In this document: piece by piece, positions 17,951 through 27,031 of the stretch | Layout of the letters: every line of letters begins with the position of its first letter | How positions within the stretch are numbered: the stretch's first letter is position 1 | Origin: an uncultured Rikenellaceae bacterium | GTDB taxonomy: Bacteria > Bacteroidota > Bacteroidia > Bacteroidales > VadinHA17 | Reading direction: 5' to 3' | Length of the DNA: 64,000 nucleotides | Assembly: GCA_964596715.1 (NCBI GenBank) | Contig: CAZQVL010000001.1 | Coordinates: 37,212 to 101,211, forward strand | The notes under the pieces: model-generated | What the model was told of the DNA's origin: nothing | The model's input: only the letters and a program-made list of their open reading frames with translations | Database searches by the model: none | Translations under genes and position numbers: made by a program

Positions 17951-18859
17951 TTAATTGCGGGCCTCAACCACCCTGATAAAAATCTCGTTCATTGAAGGAA
18001 GAGCAGGATTAAAGGATATCACCCTGCCTGACTTGACAGCTGTTTTAAGAATCTCATTTGTCCCGATATCACCGGTTGTTTTTAACCGGATAATTGTCTT
18101 CCCGTTCTCTTTTTGATTGTTAGTGATGCTAAAATGTCCGTTTCCCTCTATTTTAATATCTCCCCCAAAAACAAGTTCATATTCATTAGCGGCCCATTGA
18201 TTGCGTATTTCATCAACGCTTCCCTCAAGTATTGTTTTTGCTTTGTCGATGAGTGTAATATTGTCGCATAATTCTTCAACCGATCCCATGTTATGAGTTG
18301 AAAAAATTACTGTGGCGCCTCTTTCCCTCAGGAAAAGTATCTCATTCTTGATTATATTGGTATTTACCGGGTCAAATCCTGTAAAGGGCTCATCGAATAT
18401 CAGGAGTTTTGGTTCGTGGAGGACTGTTATTACGAACTGGACTTTCTGCTGCATTCCTTTTGACAGTTCTTCGACTTTCTTACCCCACCAGTCGATAATA
18501 TCGAGTTTTTTAAACCAGTATTTCAGTCTCTTCATGGCCTCAGACTTTGACAATCCCTTAAGCTGGGCGAAATAGAGAGCCTGTTCTCCGACCTTCATTT
18601 TTTTATACAGACCTCTTTCTTCAGGAAGGTAACCAATGATCAGTACGTCATCAGATTTAAGTTTCTTCCCTTCCAGGAACAGTTCGCCGGAGTCAGGTCC
18701 GGTTATCTGGTTAATGATTCTGATCAGTGTTGTTTTACCTGCTCCGTTTGGTCCGAGGAGTCCGAAAATTGATTGTTCCGGAACAGATATACTGACTTTG
18801 TCAAGCGCTGTCACTGGTCCGAACTGTTTTGTAATGTTCTTTGCTTCAAAAAGTGCCAT
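17951..18859 (-). CDS. ABC transporter ATP-binding protein
   Basis: Walker A GPNGAGKTT, signature LSKGMQQK and Walker B LLIFDEP are all present. Confidence 0.92.
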   Translation of the reverse strand: MALFEAKNITKQFGPVTALDKVSISVPEQSIFGLLGPNGAGKTTLIRIINQITGPDSGELFLEGKKLKSDDVLIIGYLPEERGLYKKMKVGEQALYFAQLKGLSKSEAMKRLKYWFKKLDIIDWWGKKVEELSKGMQQKVQFVITVLHEPKLLIFDEPFTGFDPVNTNIIKNEILFLRERGATVIFSTHNMGSVEELCDNITLIDKAKTILEGSVDEIRNQWAANEYELVFGGDIKIEGNGHFSITNNQKENGKTIIRLKTTGDIGTNEILKTAVKSGRVISFNPALPSMNEIFIRVVEARN

Positions 18860-18970
18860 AGGAGTGTATCTATTTTTTAAAAGAATGGTAAATATATAAA
18901 ATCTGTGAATAAAAAATATGAATAACTTACACAGAGTTTTGGATATACAATCATTTGATTATGATGAATT

Positions 18971-20116
18971 CTATTCGAAATACCCTCTCATCCTTTCAAA
19001 GAAACCCTTATCGTGTTTATCGGGTTTTGGTCTGAAGGAATCTGCATCTTTGAATCTTTCTATTACCTTCATTTCCTCTCCGGAAATATTTTTAGGTATC
19101 CAGACATTGACGTTCACCAGCAGATCACCTCTTCCGTATCCATTTACTTCAGGCAGCCCTTTCCCCCTGAGGCGAAGAATTTTACCTGGTTGAGTGCCGG
19201 GTTCGATTTTGATTTTTACGTTATTATCAACGGTTGGTATTTCAGCCTGAGTTCCGAGTATTGCATCAGGTATGCTAATGAACAAATTATATATCAGGTC
19301 ATTACCTTCCCTTATGAGTTCAGGATGTTCATCCTCATCGATCATAACAAGGAGGTCGCCATTGACTCCGCCCCGCCGGGGTGCATTTCCTTTCCCTGCG
19401 ACGGTCATCTGCATACCTTTTCCGACACCTGCGGGGATATTTATTTTGATGATTTCTTCCTTCTTAACAATACCTTCACCATAGCAGACCGGACATTTAC
19501 GAGTGATTGTCTTCCCTTCTCCTCCGCAGGAAGGGCAAACGGTAGTCGTCTGCATCTGTCCCAGAAGTGTGCTTGTAAGTTTTGTAACATGACCTGTTCC
19601 GTGGCATGTTGAGCAGTTGGTAACACTGTTTGAATCGGCTGCGCCTGATCCTCCGCATGCATCGCATGTTGAATACTTGGCTACCCTGATCTTTTTTTCC
19701 GTACCTGTTGCGATCTCGCGCAGGTTAAGCTTTACTTTTACTCTGAGGTTACTGCCTTTATTGACCCTTCTGCTACGGCGGGAACTTCCAAAAGCTCCGA
19801 ATCCGCCAAAGGCATCACCAAATATATCACCGAAAGATGCGAAGATATCTTCCATGGTCATCCCACCGCCGCCAAATCCGCTGCCCATTCCTCCAAGTCC
19901 TTCATGTCCGTACCTGTCGTAACGGGCTCTTTTTTCATCGTTACTTAAAACTTCATAGGCCTCGGCAGCTTCCTTAAAATTTTCTTCTGCTTTTTTATCT
20001 CCAGGATTCTTATCGGGATGATGCTTCAATGCCTGCTTCCTGTAAGCCTTTTTTATATCCTCCTTAGTCGCCCCTTTTGATATACCAAGCACTTCGTAAT
20101 AATCTCTCTTTCCCAT
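18971..20116 (-). CDS. dnaJ: Molecular chaperone DnaJ
   Basis: It has a J domain with HPD (KHHPDKNPG), a G/F-rich linker and four CxxCxGxG zinc-finger repeats. Confidence 0.97.
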   Translation of the reverse strand: MGKRDYYEVLGISKGATKEDIKKAYRKQALKHHPDKNPGDKKAEENFKEAAEAYEVLSNDEKRARYDRYGHEGLGGMGSGFGGGGMTMEDIFASFGDIFGDAFGGFGAFGSSRRSRRVNKGSNLRVKVKLNLREIATGTEKKIRVAKYSTCDACGGSGAADSNSVTNCSTCHGTGHVTKLTSTLLGQMQTTTVCPSCGGEGKTITRKCPVCYGEGIVKKEEIIKINIPAGVGKGMQMTVAGKGNAPRRGGVNGDLLVMIDEDEHPELIREGNDLIYNLFISIPDAILGTQAEIPTVDNNVKIKIEPGTQPGKILRLRGKGLPEVNGYGRGDLLVNVNVWIPKNISGEEMKVIERFKDADSFRPKPDKHDKGFFERMRGYFE

Positions 20117-20167
20117 CCCTTTATATATTACTTAAGGCCGGTCAGCTGCACAACTGAATGATAAGAT

Positions 20168-20812
20168 TTATTCACCTACTATTACTTTTGAGTGTCTTAT
20201 TACCTTATCCATCAGATAATAACCTTTTAAGACTACCTCTACCACCTTGCCTTTCTTATCTTCTTCCTGTACAGGTACTGTTCCGACAGCTTCATGAAGA
20301 TCAACATCAAAACTGCTGTTCATAGATTCGATCTCTTTTACACCGTTTTGTTTCAGAAATTCAGTCAGTTTCACGTAAATAAGATTAACTCCATCTTTCA
20401 GTGCGACACTATTCTCAGATGTAACAATATGTTTAAGAGCCCTCTCGAAATCATCCATGAAAGGCAGGATGTTGATGAGAAGACTTTCTCCGGCATATTT
20501 TGACAGTTCGATCTTTTCCCTTAATGTTCTCTTTCTGTAATTATCAAATTCAGCGGAAAGACGCAAGTACTTATCCTGCATCTCTGACAGTTTTTCTTCA
20601 AATGATTTTTCTTCAGTAACAACTTTGTCAGCAGCAGCAACGGTATCACCACCGTTGTCAGGAGAAGTCTCCGGTGATTTCTCTCTGGTTGTACTTTCTT
20701 CCTGATTGTTCTCCTCTATTAACGGTGCTTCACCAGTTTCTTTATTATCAGTTGGTTGGATATGTTTTTTCTTTTTTGTCTCTTCCTGATCCGGTTTCTT
20801 TTTAGTTGTCAT
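20168..20812 (-). CDS. grpE: Nucleotide exchange factor GrpE
   Basis: The GrpE core is present (YLRLSAEFDNYRKRT...) with an acidic low-complexity N-terminus. It lies upstream of dnaJ on the same strand. Confidence 0.95.
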   Translation of the reverse strand: MTTKKKPDQEETKKKKHIQPTDNKETGEAPLIEENNQEESTTREKSPETSPDNGGDTVAAADKVVTEEKSFEEKLSEMQDKYLRLSAEFDNYRKRTLREKIELSKYAGESLLINILPFMDDFERALKHIVTSENSVALKDGVNLIYVKLTEFLKQNGVKEIESMNSSFDVDLHEAVGTVPVQEEDKKGKVVEVVLKGYYLMDKVIRHSKVIVGE

Positions 20813-20937
20813 TACTCACACAATTTCAGTTTGCTATTTCATTTTTTAACAAATAACCTGCCAAGAAAATCGGATTGACAAAATGGCAGGACTAACGGGG
20901 AAGGAATGTATTATAGGCGATGTATGGCAAAGGTTGA

Positions 20938-20990
20938 TAAGCGGAAGCGGAGGGGCCGCTGAGCCTTTACGCCGATTCGCCTTTGTGCCT
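20938..20990. repeat. Short GC-rich island between the murA stop and the grpE promoter
   Basis: GCGGAAGCGGAGGGGCCGCTGAGCC is followed by a direct repeat, GCCTTTACGCC (20963-20973) and GCCTTTGTGCC (20979-20989). It is GC-rich against AT-rich surroundings. Confidence 0.4.
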
Positions 20991-20999
20991 TATTAATCT

Positions 21000-22304
21000 T
21001 CAGATTCTTTGAATATCGGCTCCGAGTGCGTTGAGACGTTTATCTATGTTCTGGTAGCCTCTGTCGATCTGTTCAATATTATGAATTATACTTTTACCTT
21101 CGGCTGACAATGCGGCAATAAGCAAAGCTACTCCGGCCCTGATATCGGGTGATGACATTGTTGTTCCTTTGAGCCGTATCATTTTGTCAAGACCGATTAC
21201 TGTGGCTCTGTGAGGATCGCAGAGTATGATCTGAGCGCCCATATCAATAAGCTTATCAACAAAGAACAGGCGGCTCTCAAACATCTTCTGGTGAATAAGC
21301 ACAGCTCCTTTGGCCTGAGTTGCGGTAACAAGAAGAACACTGATGAGGTCAGGGGTGAGTCCGGGCCATATTGCATCAGCAATAGTCATTATTGATCCGT
21401 CAATAAATGTCTCAATTTCATAATGTTCCTGATGAGGAATAAAGATATCATCACCTCTTCTCTGAAGAGTGATCCCAAGCCGACAGAAAGAATCAGGAAT
21501 TATCCCAAGATTATCATAAGAAACATTTTTAATGGTAATTTCTGATTCCGTCATAGCAGCCAGACCGATGAAAGATCCGATTTCGATCATATCGGGCAGG
21601 ATTGTATGAGTGCACCCTTTGAGGCTTGTGACACCTTCGATATGGAGCAGGTTTGATCCAATGCCTTCAATTTTTGCCCCCATGGACTCCAGCATTCTGC
21701 AGAGTTGCTGTACATAGGGTTCACATGCCGCATTGTAAATAGTTGTATGACCACTGGCAAGTACTGCAGCCATTATTATATTGGCGGTTCCTGTAACTGA
21801 TGCTTCGCCGAGATGTATATAAGTTCCTTTAAGCAAGGGTGCTTCGACCCTGAAAAAGGGATCACCAGGATCAAATTCAAACTTTGCTCCCAGTTTGTGA
21901 AAACCTGTGAAATGAGTATCAACTCTCCGGCGGCCTATTTTATCCCCCCCTGGTTTGGGAATAAAGGCTTTACCGAACCGGGCCAGCAGTGGTCCTCCAA
22001 TCATTATTGATCCTCTTATACTCATACTCCTGGTACGGAAATCATTAGTCTGCATATAATCGAGATCGATTGTATCAGCCTGTAGACTTATCACTGAGTC
22101 AGACTCTTTTATGATTTTGACACCCAGTGAATTAAGTAATTCAATCAGCCTGTTGACATCGCTGATATCCGGAAGATTCTTAATTGTTACTTTCTGTGGG
22201 GTAAGGAGAGATGCACAAATTACCTGCAAAGCTTCATTCTTGGCTCCCTGCGGGAATATATCTCCTTTAAGCGTCCTGCCGCCCTGAATGATAAATGTAC
22301 CCAT
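21000..22304 (-). CDS. murA: UDP-N-acetylglucosamine 1-carboxyvinyltransferase
   Basis: The protein is MurA-like over its full 434-aa length. The active-site loop reads KPGGDKIGRRRVDTH, with Asp at the position of E. coli Cys115. Confidence 0.95.
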   Translation of the reverse strand: MGTFIIQGGRTLKGDIFPQGAKNEALQVICASLLTPQKVTIKNLPDISDVNRLIELLNSLGVKIIKESDSVISLQADTIDLDYMQTNDFRTRSMSIRGSIMIGGPLLARFGKAFIPKPGGDKIGRRRVDTHFTGFHKLGAKFEFDPGDPFFRVEAPLLKGTYIHLGEASVTGTANIIMAAVLASGHTTIYNAACEPYVQQLCRMLESMGAKIEGIGSNLLHIEGVTSLKGCTHTILPDMIEIGSFIGLAAMTESEITIKNVSYDNLGIIPDSFCRLGITLQRRGDDIFIPHQEHYEIETFIDGSIMTIADAIWPGLTPDLISVLLVTATQAKGAVLIHQKMFESRLFFVDKLIDMGAQIILCDPHRATVIGLDKMIRLKGTTMSSPDIRAGVALLIAALSAEGKSIIHNIEQIDRGYQNIDKRLNALGADIQRI

Positions 22305-22951
22305 TAATGACGGTTATGTCCTTTTTTCTTGTTGTATTGTTTGCTTTGCTGTTTACTATGTTGTTTGCTCTGCTGCGGTTTCCTTCTAACAGGAGGTACG
22401 AGATCCTTGGCTTCGAGCAATTTGACGCCATCGGTCATTTTCAGACGGCCGGCAGACAAGAATTTCATATCACTTATTATTACTTCATCACTGACCTGAC
22501 TTCTGTTCCAGGTTATGTACGCTTTTTTCATCTGGTTCACTATGAGGTTAGTAAGATACTCTTTTTCTTCTCCGTCATCCATTTCTGAAGCTGCTTCAAT
22601 CAAAAGTTCAATAATACGGCCATAATGCAGGTATCTGATGTTGCCTTGCTGATATGGTATCTCATTTGGCTTTTCGTGGAATTTAGCCTGTTCCGGCGGG
22701 GTATATGGAGAATCAATATCCAGATCAAAATCGGCCATAAGTGCAAGATGATCCCATAATTTATGCTTAAAATCTCCTATATCGCGAAGATGTGGGTTGA
22801 GATTCCCCATTATCTGAATGATTGTCCTTGCCGCACTGTTCCTTTCATCCCTGTCTTCAATGGTCTTGATATGATCAACCATTTTCTGAACATTTCTGCC
22901 GTACTCCGGCAGATTCATTTTCTTGCGCTGGGTATTATAATCGTATGTCAT
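22304..22951 (-). CDS. DUF4290-like protein (conserved upstream partner of murA in Bacteroidota)
   Basis: The N-terminus is YNTQRKKMNLPEYGRNVQKMVDH. Its stop overlaps the murA start by 1 nt (TAATG). The C-terminal tail is basic and Q/K-rich. Confidence 0.72.
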   Translation of the reverse strand: MTYDYNTQRKKMNLPEYGRNVQKMVDHIKTIEDRDERNSAARTIIQIMGNLNPHLRDIGDFKHKLWDHLALMADFDLDIDSPYTPPEQAKFHEKPNEIPYQQGNIRYLHYGRIIELLIEAASEMDDGEEKEYLTNLIVNQMKKAYITWNRSQVSDEVIISDMKFLSAGRLKMTDGVKLLEAKDLVPPVRRKPQQSKQHSKQQSKQYNKKKGHNRH

Positions 22952-23283
22952 AACTGGTTTAGAATATTTTATGCAAAGCTAATAATTTAAAAATAATTCG
23001 ACTATCAGTAATCACTAACAATATACTTCACACAAAAAAAACATAACTGTATAATATTGATATTTATTTTATTTCGCCCCTGCCGGGGTTGATTGGATTA
23101 TTAGCAAAGAGAAGTGCTGAGGAATTCAGAAGTCGGAGCTCTCACTGCGCAATTGCTTCCATCAAAGCAGGAAAAAAATGATTGCTGCCTGTTTTGCAGA
23201 AGGCATAGAGTATTTGATTACCTTTGGATATTAGTCATCCATCTTGTTAGTATATAAGAATAATAACCATAGGTATTAGAGTT

Positions 23284-24891
23284 ATGCTTAATAATATTTT
23301 GAGAAGCCTGTTATCAGTTATTTTAGTATTCATTTCATTTCTCAACAGTGCAGGAAAGGATGGTTATAAAAGGTATCTTTTTATTGACATCATTCATTAT
23401 GGATTCAATATCAGTATTAGCGACAGCAATGACGTTATTTACGGACAGGCAGAAATCTTAATCAAGTTTTCAGGCCCCACCGGCACTATTGAATTTGACC
23501 TTAAGAATACTACATCTGACGGGAAAGGCATGAAGGTAAATTCAGTTTCACTCAGCACAGATAGATGTACATGGATTCATGAGGGTGACCGGATTATCAT
23601 TACCACCGGGGAGCCGGTAAAAGCCGGTTCAGAACTGACCGCATATATTGATTATCAGGGTGTTCCTGCGGATGGCCTTATCATTGCGAATAACAAATAC
23701 AAAAGCCGTACCTTTTTTTCTGACCACTGGCCCGACAGGGCAAGTAATTACCTTCCCTGCATTGATCACCCTTATGATAAAGCAACAGTCGATTTTATTA
23801 TCACTGCTCCTGTCCATTATGAAATAGTTGCAAACGGTTTTCTTACTGAAGAGAGCTTTATACATGAGGGTACCAAACTTACCCACTGGAAGACAGATGT
23901 ACCTCTTTCAACAAAAGTAATGGCGTTCGGAGCTGCACCTTTTGCCGTGCAGTTTGCAGGGGAGGTTAACGACATACCTGTATGGACCTGGGTATTCAAA
24001 GAAAACAGGGAGGAGGGTTTTTCCGACTATACAGCAGCTCTTAAGCCGTTATCTTTTTACAGTGAATTAATTGGTCCTTATCCCTTCATGAAGCTTGCAA
24101 ATGTACAATCGAAGACAATTTTCGGGGGACTTGAAAATGCCGGATGCATCTTTTATTCAGAAAGATCGGTAACAGGGAATGGTAAGGTTGAAAACCTGAT
24201 GGCACATGAGATTGCTCATCAGTGGTTTGGGAATTCAGTAACAGAAAACGACTGGCATCACATCTGGCTCAGCGAAGGATTTGCAACATATCTGACAACT
24301 GTTTACCTGGAGATGAATTACGGGAGGGAAAAGCTGGAGGAAAACATGAAAACTGCCCGTAACCGGGTACTGGAATATTTTATGCGGTCACCCAGGCCGG
24401 TTATTGACAGTACCATTAACAACCTTATGAAACTCCTGAACGATAATTCATATCAGAAGGGAGCATGGGTTCTTCACATGCTGCGGTTTGAACTTGGGGA
24501 TGATCTGTTCTGGCAGGGAATCAGACTCTATTATGATCGTTATATGTATCGGAATGCACTAACGGAAGATTTTAAGAATGTAATGGAGGAGGTAAGCCAC
24601 AGAGATCTTGATCAGTTCTTCTATCAGTGGCTCTATATTGCAGGTCAGCCTGACCTGAAGTTTGGCATTATTCAATTACCCGGGAAAGGGAGAACTGAAA
24701 TAATCATTGAACAGCAACAGGATTACCTTTTTCAGTTTAATATTGAGCTTTCAGTAAAGTATGCCGGGAAGCAGGTTTTGAAAAATGTGCCTGTTAATGA
24801 AAGAATTACGAAGATAACATTAAAAACCAGAGACAAGGTTGAGATAATCCCGGATCCCTTTACAAATCTATTATTCAGGATTATGCCGTAG
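23284..24891 (+). CDS. M1-family zinc metallopeptidase (aminopeptidase N-like), secreted
   Basis: GLENAG (the GAMEN-position motif) and HEIAHQWFGN-x18-E (WLSEGFATY) are present, along with an N-terminal signal peptide. Confidence 0.9.
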   Translation: MLNNILRSLLSVILVFISFLNSAGKDGYKRYLFIDIIHYGFNISISDSNDVIYGQAEILIKFSGPTGTIEFDLKNTTSDGKGMKVNSVSLSTDRCTWIHEGDRIIITTGEPVKAGSELTAYIDYQGVPADGLIIANNKYKSRTFFSDHWPDRASNYLPCIDHPYDKATVDFIITAPVHYEIVANGFLTEESFIHEGTKLTHWKTDVPLSTKVMAFGAAPFAVQFAGEVNDIPVWTWVFKENREEGFSDYTAALKPLSFYSELIGPYPFMKLANVQSKTIFGGLENAGCIFYSERSVTGNGKVENLMAHEIAHQWFGNSVTENDWHHIWLSEGFATYLTTVYLEMNYGREKLEENMKTARNRVLEYFMRSPRPVIDSTINNLMKLLNDNSYQKGAWVLHMLRFELGDDLFWQGIRLYYDRYMYRNALTEDFKNVMEEVSHRDLDQFFYQWLYIAGQPDLKFGIIQLPGKGRTEIIIEQQQDYLFQFNIELSVKYAGKQVLKNVPVNERITKITLKTRDKVEIIPDPFTNLLFRIMP

Positions 24892-24907
24892 CGGGAAATT
24901 TTGATTT

Positions 24908-25618
24908 TCAAAGCCCCAGAAACTGAATAGCAATCCCTGAAAAGAAAATCATTGCACCGGCGATGAGATTGCTGTATTTCTCAACAGGTTTGAGGTTTAT
25001 CCTGCTCAGGCCCAGCTTAAATGCCAGCACTATCGATATCATTGTAGCAATGGTTACAATAGAAAAAAGTATTGACACCGTTACAGTTCCGGTAATATTG
25101 TTTTCAGCTGCCGGATACATTAAAAGAGGGATAAGAGGTTCGCACGGGCCAAATACGAAAATAAGGAAGAGTATCCATGGAGTTGTTTTTACAACATTAC
25201 TTTCGTGGATATGAGTATGTTCATTACGGTGATTATGTTCATGAGAATGTACACTGTTGTTCAGATGAAAATGAGAGTGGGAATGAGTTCTTTTCCTGTA
25301 AAGATTCCTGATACTTATTATCATGTAAACCAGACCGAAAGCAATAAATAACCATGCGGCAATACTACCTCTGAACGATTCGACCGAGACCAGCCTGTTG
25401 ACGGAGATACCAACTGCGATACCTGCAAATCCCAGTACCACAGAGCTGAGCACGTGTCCCAATCCGCACAGAAAGGTGATGATTACTGTCTTTTTCAACG
25501 ACCATTTTTTTGCCTCACTGAGTACAATAAACGGAAGATAATGATCAGGGCCAAGAAGTGTATGAAAAAATCCCAGCGAGATGGCAGTTACCGAAAGAAG
25601 TGTTATTGAGTTATCCAT
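24908..25618 (-). CDS. Putative metal (Ni/Co-type) transporter with His-rich cytoplasmic loop
   Basis: It is a six-TM protein with FFHTLLGPDH in TM1 and a central loop HSHSHFHLNNSVHSHEHNHRNEHTHIHE. The family assignment (NicO/UreH-like) is tentative. Confidence 0.5.
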   Translation of the reverse strand: MDNSITLLSVTAISLGFFHTLLGPDHYLPFIVLSEAKKWSLKKTVIITFLCGLGHVLSSVVLGFAGIAVGISVNRLVSVESFRGSIAAWLFIAFGLVYMIISIRNLYRKRTHSHSHFHLNNSVHSHEHNHRNEHTHIHESNVVKTTPWILFLIFVFGPCEPLIPLLMYPAAENNITGTVTVSILFSIVTIATMISIVLAFKLGLSRINLKPVEKYSNLIAGAMIFFSGIAIQFLGL

Positions 25619-25762
25619 AAATCACGTTCATTCTTTAAAAAACCTTGTTTTTCCCGCTGCAATTATATTCAAAAAAATCCAAAAACCGCAATAATTTAAT
25701 CACCGGGTTTTATAGACACCTTTAAAGTGATATTTGTAAGTACCGGGTGGTTTGATATGAGA

Positions 25763-26902
25763 TTACCGGTTCAGCACCCATTTATTGCCAGAAAAAATGT
25801 ACTCATCAACGTTGATATTTTGATTATTGAGAAGGGCTCTTGAATCATTAATAAATGATTTCATCTGAGAATAATCACCGGGGTTGGAGAAAAATTCCGG
25901 TCTGTTCTCATATTTTGAACAGGGAAGAATGTAGTACTTCTTCCTGTTGTCCTCTTCAGGAGTATAAACCCATGTAAGATAATAACCAGCTGTTATTATT
26001 TCGAGAGAATCACTGGTTTTTAAAACGTTGATTTGAACAATTGCTCCGCCGTCGGTTTTGGGTTTTCTCTGGTTTGAGACAAAATTGCCGAGTGAGTAGA
26101 TCAGAAATCGGTTTCTTTTGATAGTATCGCTTTTAACCATAACCATTTTCTGAATTACATGGGGATGGGATCCTACAATAAGGTCGGCACCCAGACTGAA
26201 AAAATAATCCGCCAGGTCGGTCTGATTTTGAGATGGAATGGTATCATATTCGTTTCCCCAGTGAAGAAAAATGATAATCAGATCGGGATTTTTACTTTTT
26301 GCCTTCAGGATATCGCTTCCAATCAGATCCTTATCAAGCATATTGACAATAACCGGCTCCTCCGGCTTTTTACCGTTGATACCATAGGTATAGTTTAAAA
26401 GGGCAATAGTTGTACTCTCTTTTTTTATTATCAGAGGATATAGATTATCTCTTGCGGTTTTGTCCTGAAATGTTCCGGTATGACGCATACCTGTGCTGTT
26501 GAGCTTATTTATTGTATTGATAATTCCTTTTTTACCCCGGTCGGCTGAATGATTATTTGCCGTAACAAGGCAGTCTACTCCTGCATCACGGCATGCAACA
26601 GCAAGCTCAACAGGAGAACTAAATTGAGGATAACCTTTAAAAGGGGGACCGGCAAGTGTTACTTCCAAATTTGCAATTGATATACCGGCCCCTGAGATTT
26701 CATCTTTGATATATCTGAATACATCTGCGTAATCATAAATGCCTGTCAGGGTGTCCTCTGCTGACCGTATCTGGCTATCATGACCCATTATGTCGCCAAT
26801 GAAAAGAAGCGATAAGGTATCAGATGTAATTTGAGCATTCTGACCTGAGATCCTGTAGAAAATAAAATTCAGGAAAACCAGGAAAATGATCTTTCTGAAC
26901 AT
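25763..26902 (-). CDS. CapA-family metallophosphatase-like protein (PGA_cap domain)
   Basis: A signal peptide is followed by FIGDIMGHD...NLEVTLAG...ANNHSADRG...HWGNEY...GSHPH. Confidence 0.8.
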   Translation of the reverse strand: MFRKIIFLVFLNFIFYRISGQNAQITSDTLSLLFIGDIMGHDSQIRSAEDTLTGIYDYADVFRYIKDEISGAGISIANLEVTLAGPPFKGYPQFSSPVELAVACRDAGVDCLVTANNHSADRGKKGIINTINKLNSTGMRHTGTFQDKTARDNLYPLIIKKESTTIALLNYTYGINGKKPEEPVIVNMLDKDLIGSDILKAKSKNPDLIIIFLHWGNEYDTIPSQNQTDLADYFFSLGADLIVGSHPHVIQKMVMVKSDTIKRNRFLIYSLGNFVSNQRKPKTDGGAIVQINVLKTSDSLEIITAGYYLTWVYTPEEDNRKKYYILPCSKYENRPEFFSNPGDYSQMKSFINDSRALLNNQNINVDEYIFSGNKWVLNR

Positions 26903-27031
26903 GCTTAAAGATATTCTGCCGCAGGAAATATAATTAAATTAATCGTAATCAAACAGATTTAAATACTATTAATTATTAAATTTGGCAGTTTTTCCTTCAT
27001 ATTTTGACCAGCAACTTAAAAAAGAAGTATC

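Noticed and set aside
19013-19612. A 199-aa plus-strand ORF and other 70-100-aa ORFs antisense to dnaJ.
   Set aside because: They lie entirely within the strongly supported dnaJ CDS. The products are low-complexity with no recognisable motifs.
26903-27031. A possible cyclic-di-AMP (ydaO/kimA-type) riboswitch upstream of kup.
   Set aside because: The 129-nt leader is almost pure A/T, and I could not find any paired GC-containing helices of the kind that riboswitch class needs.
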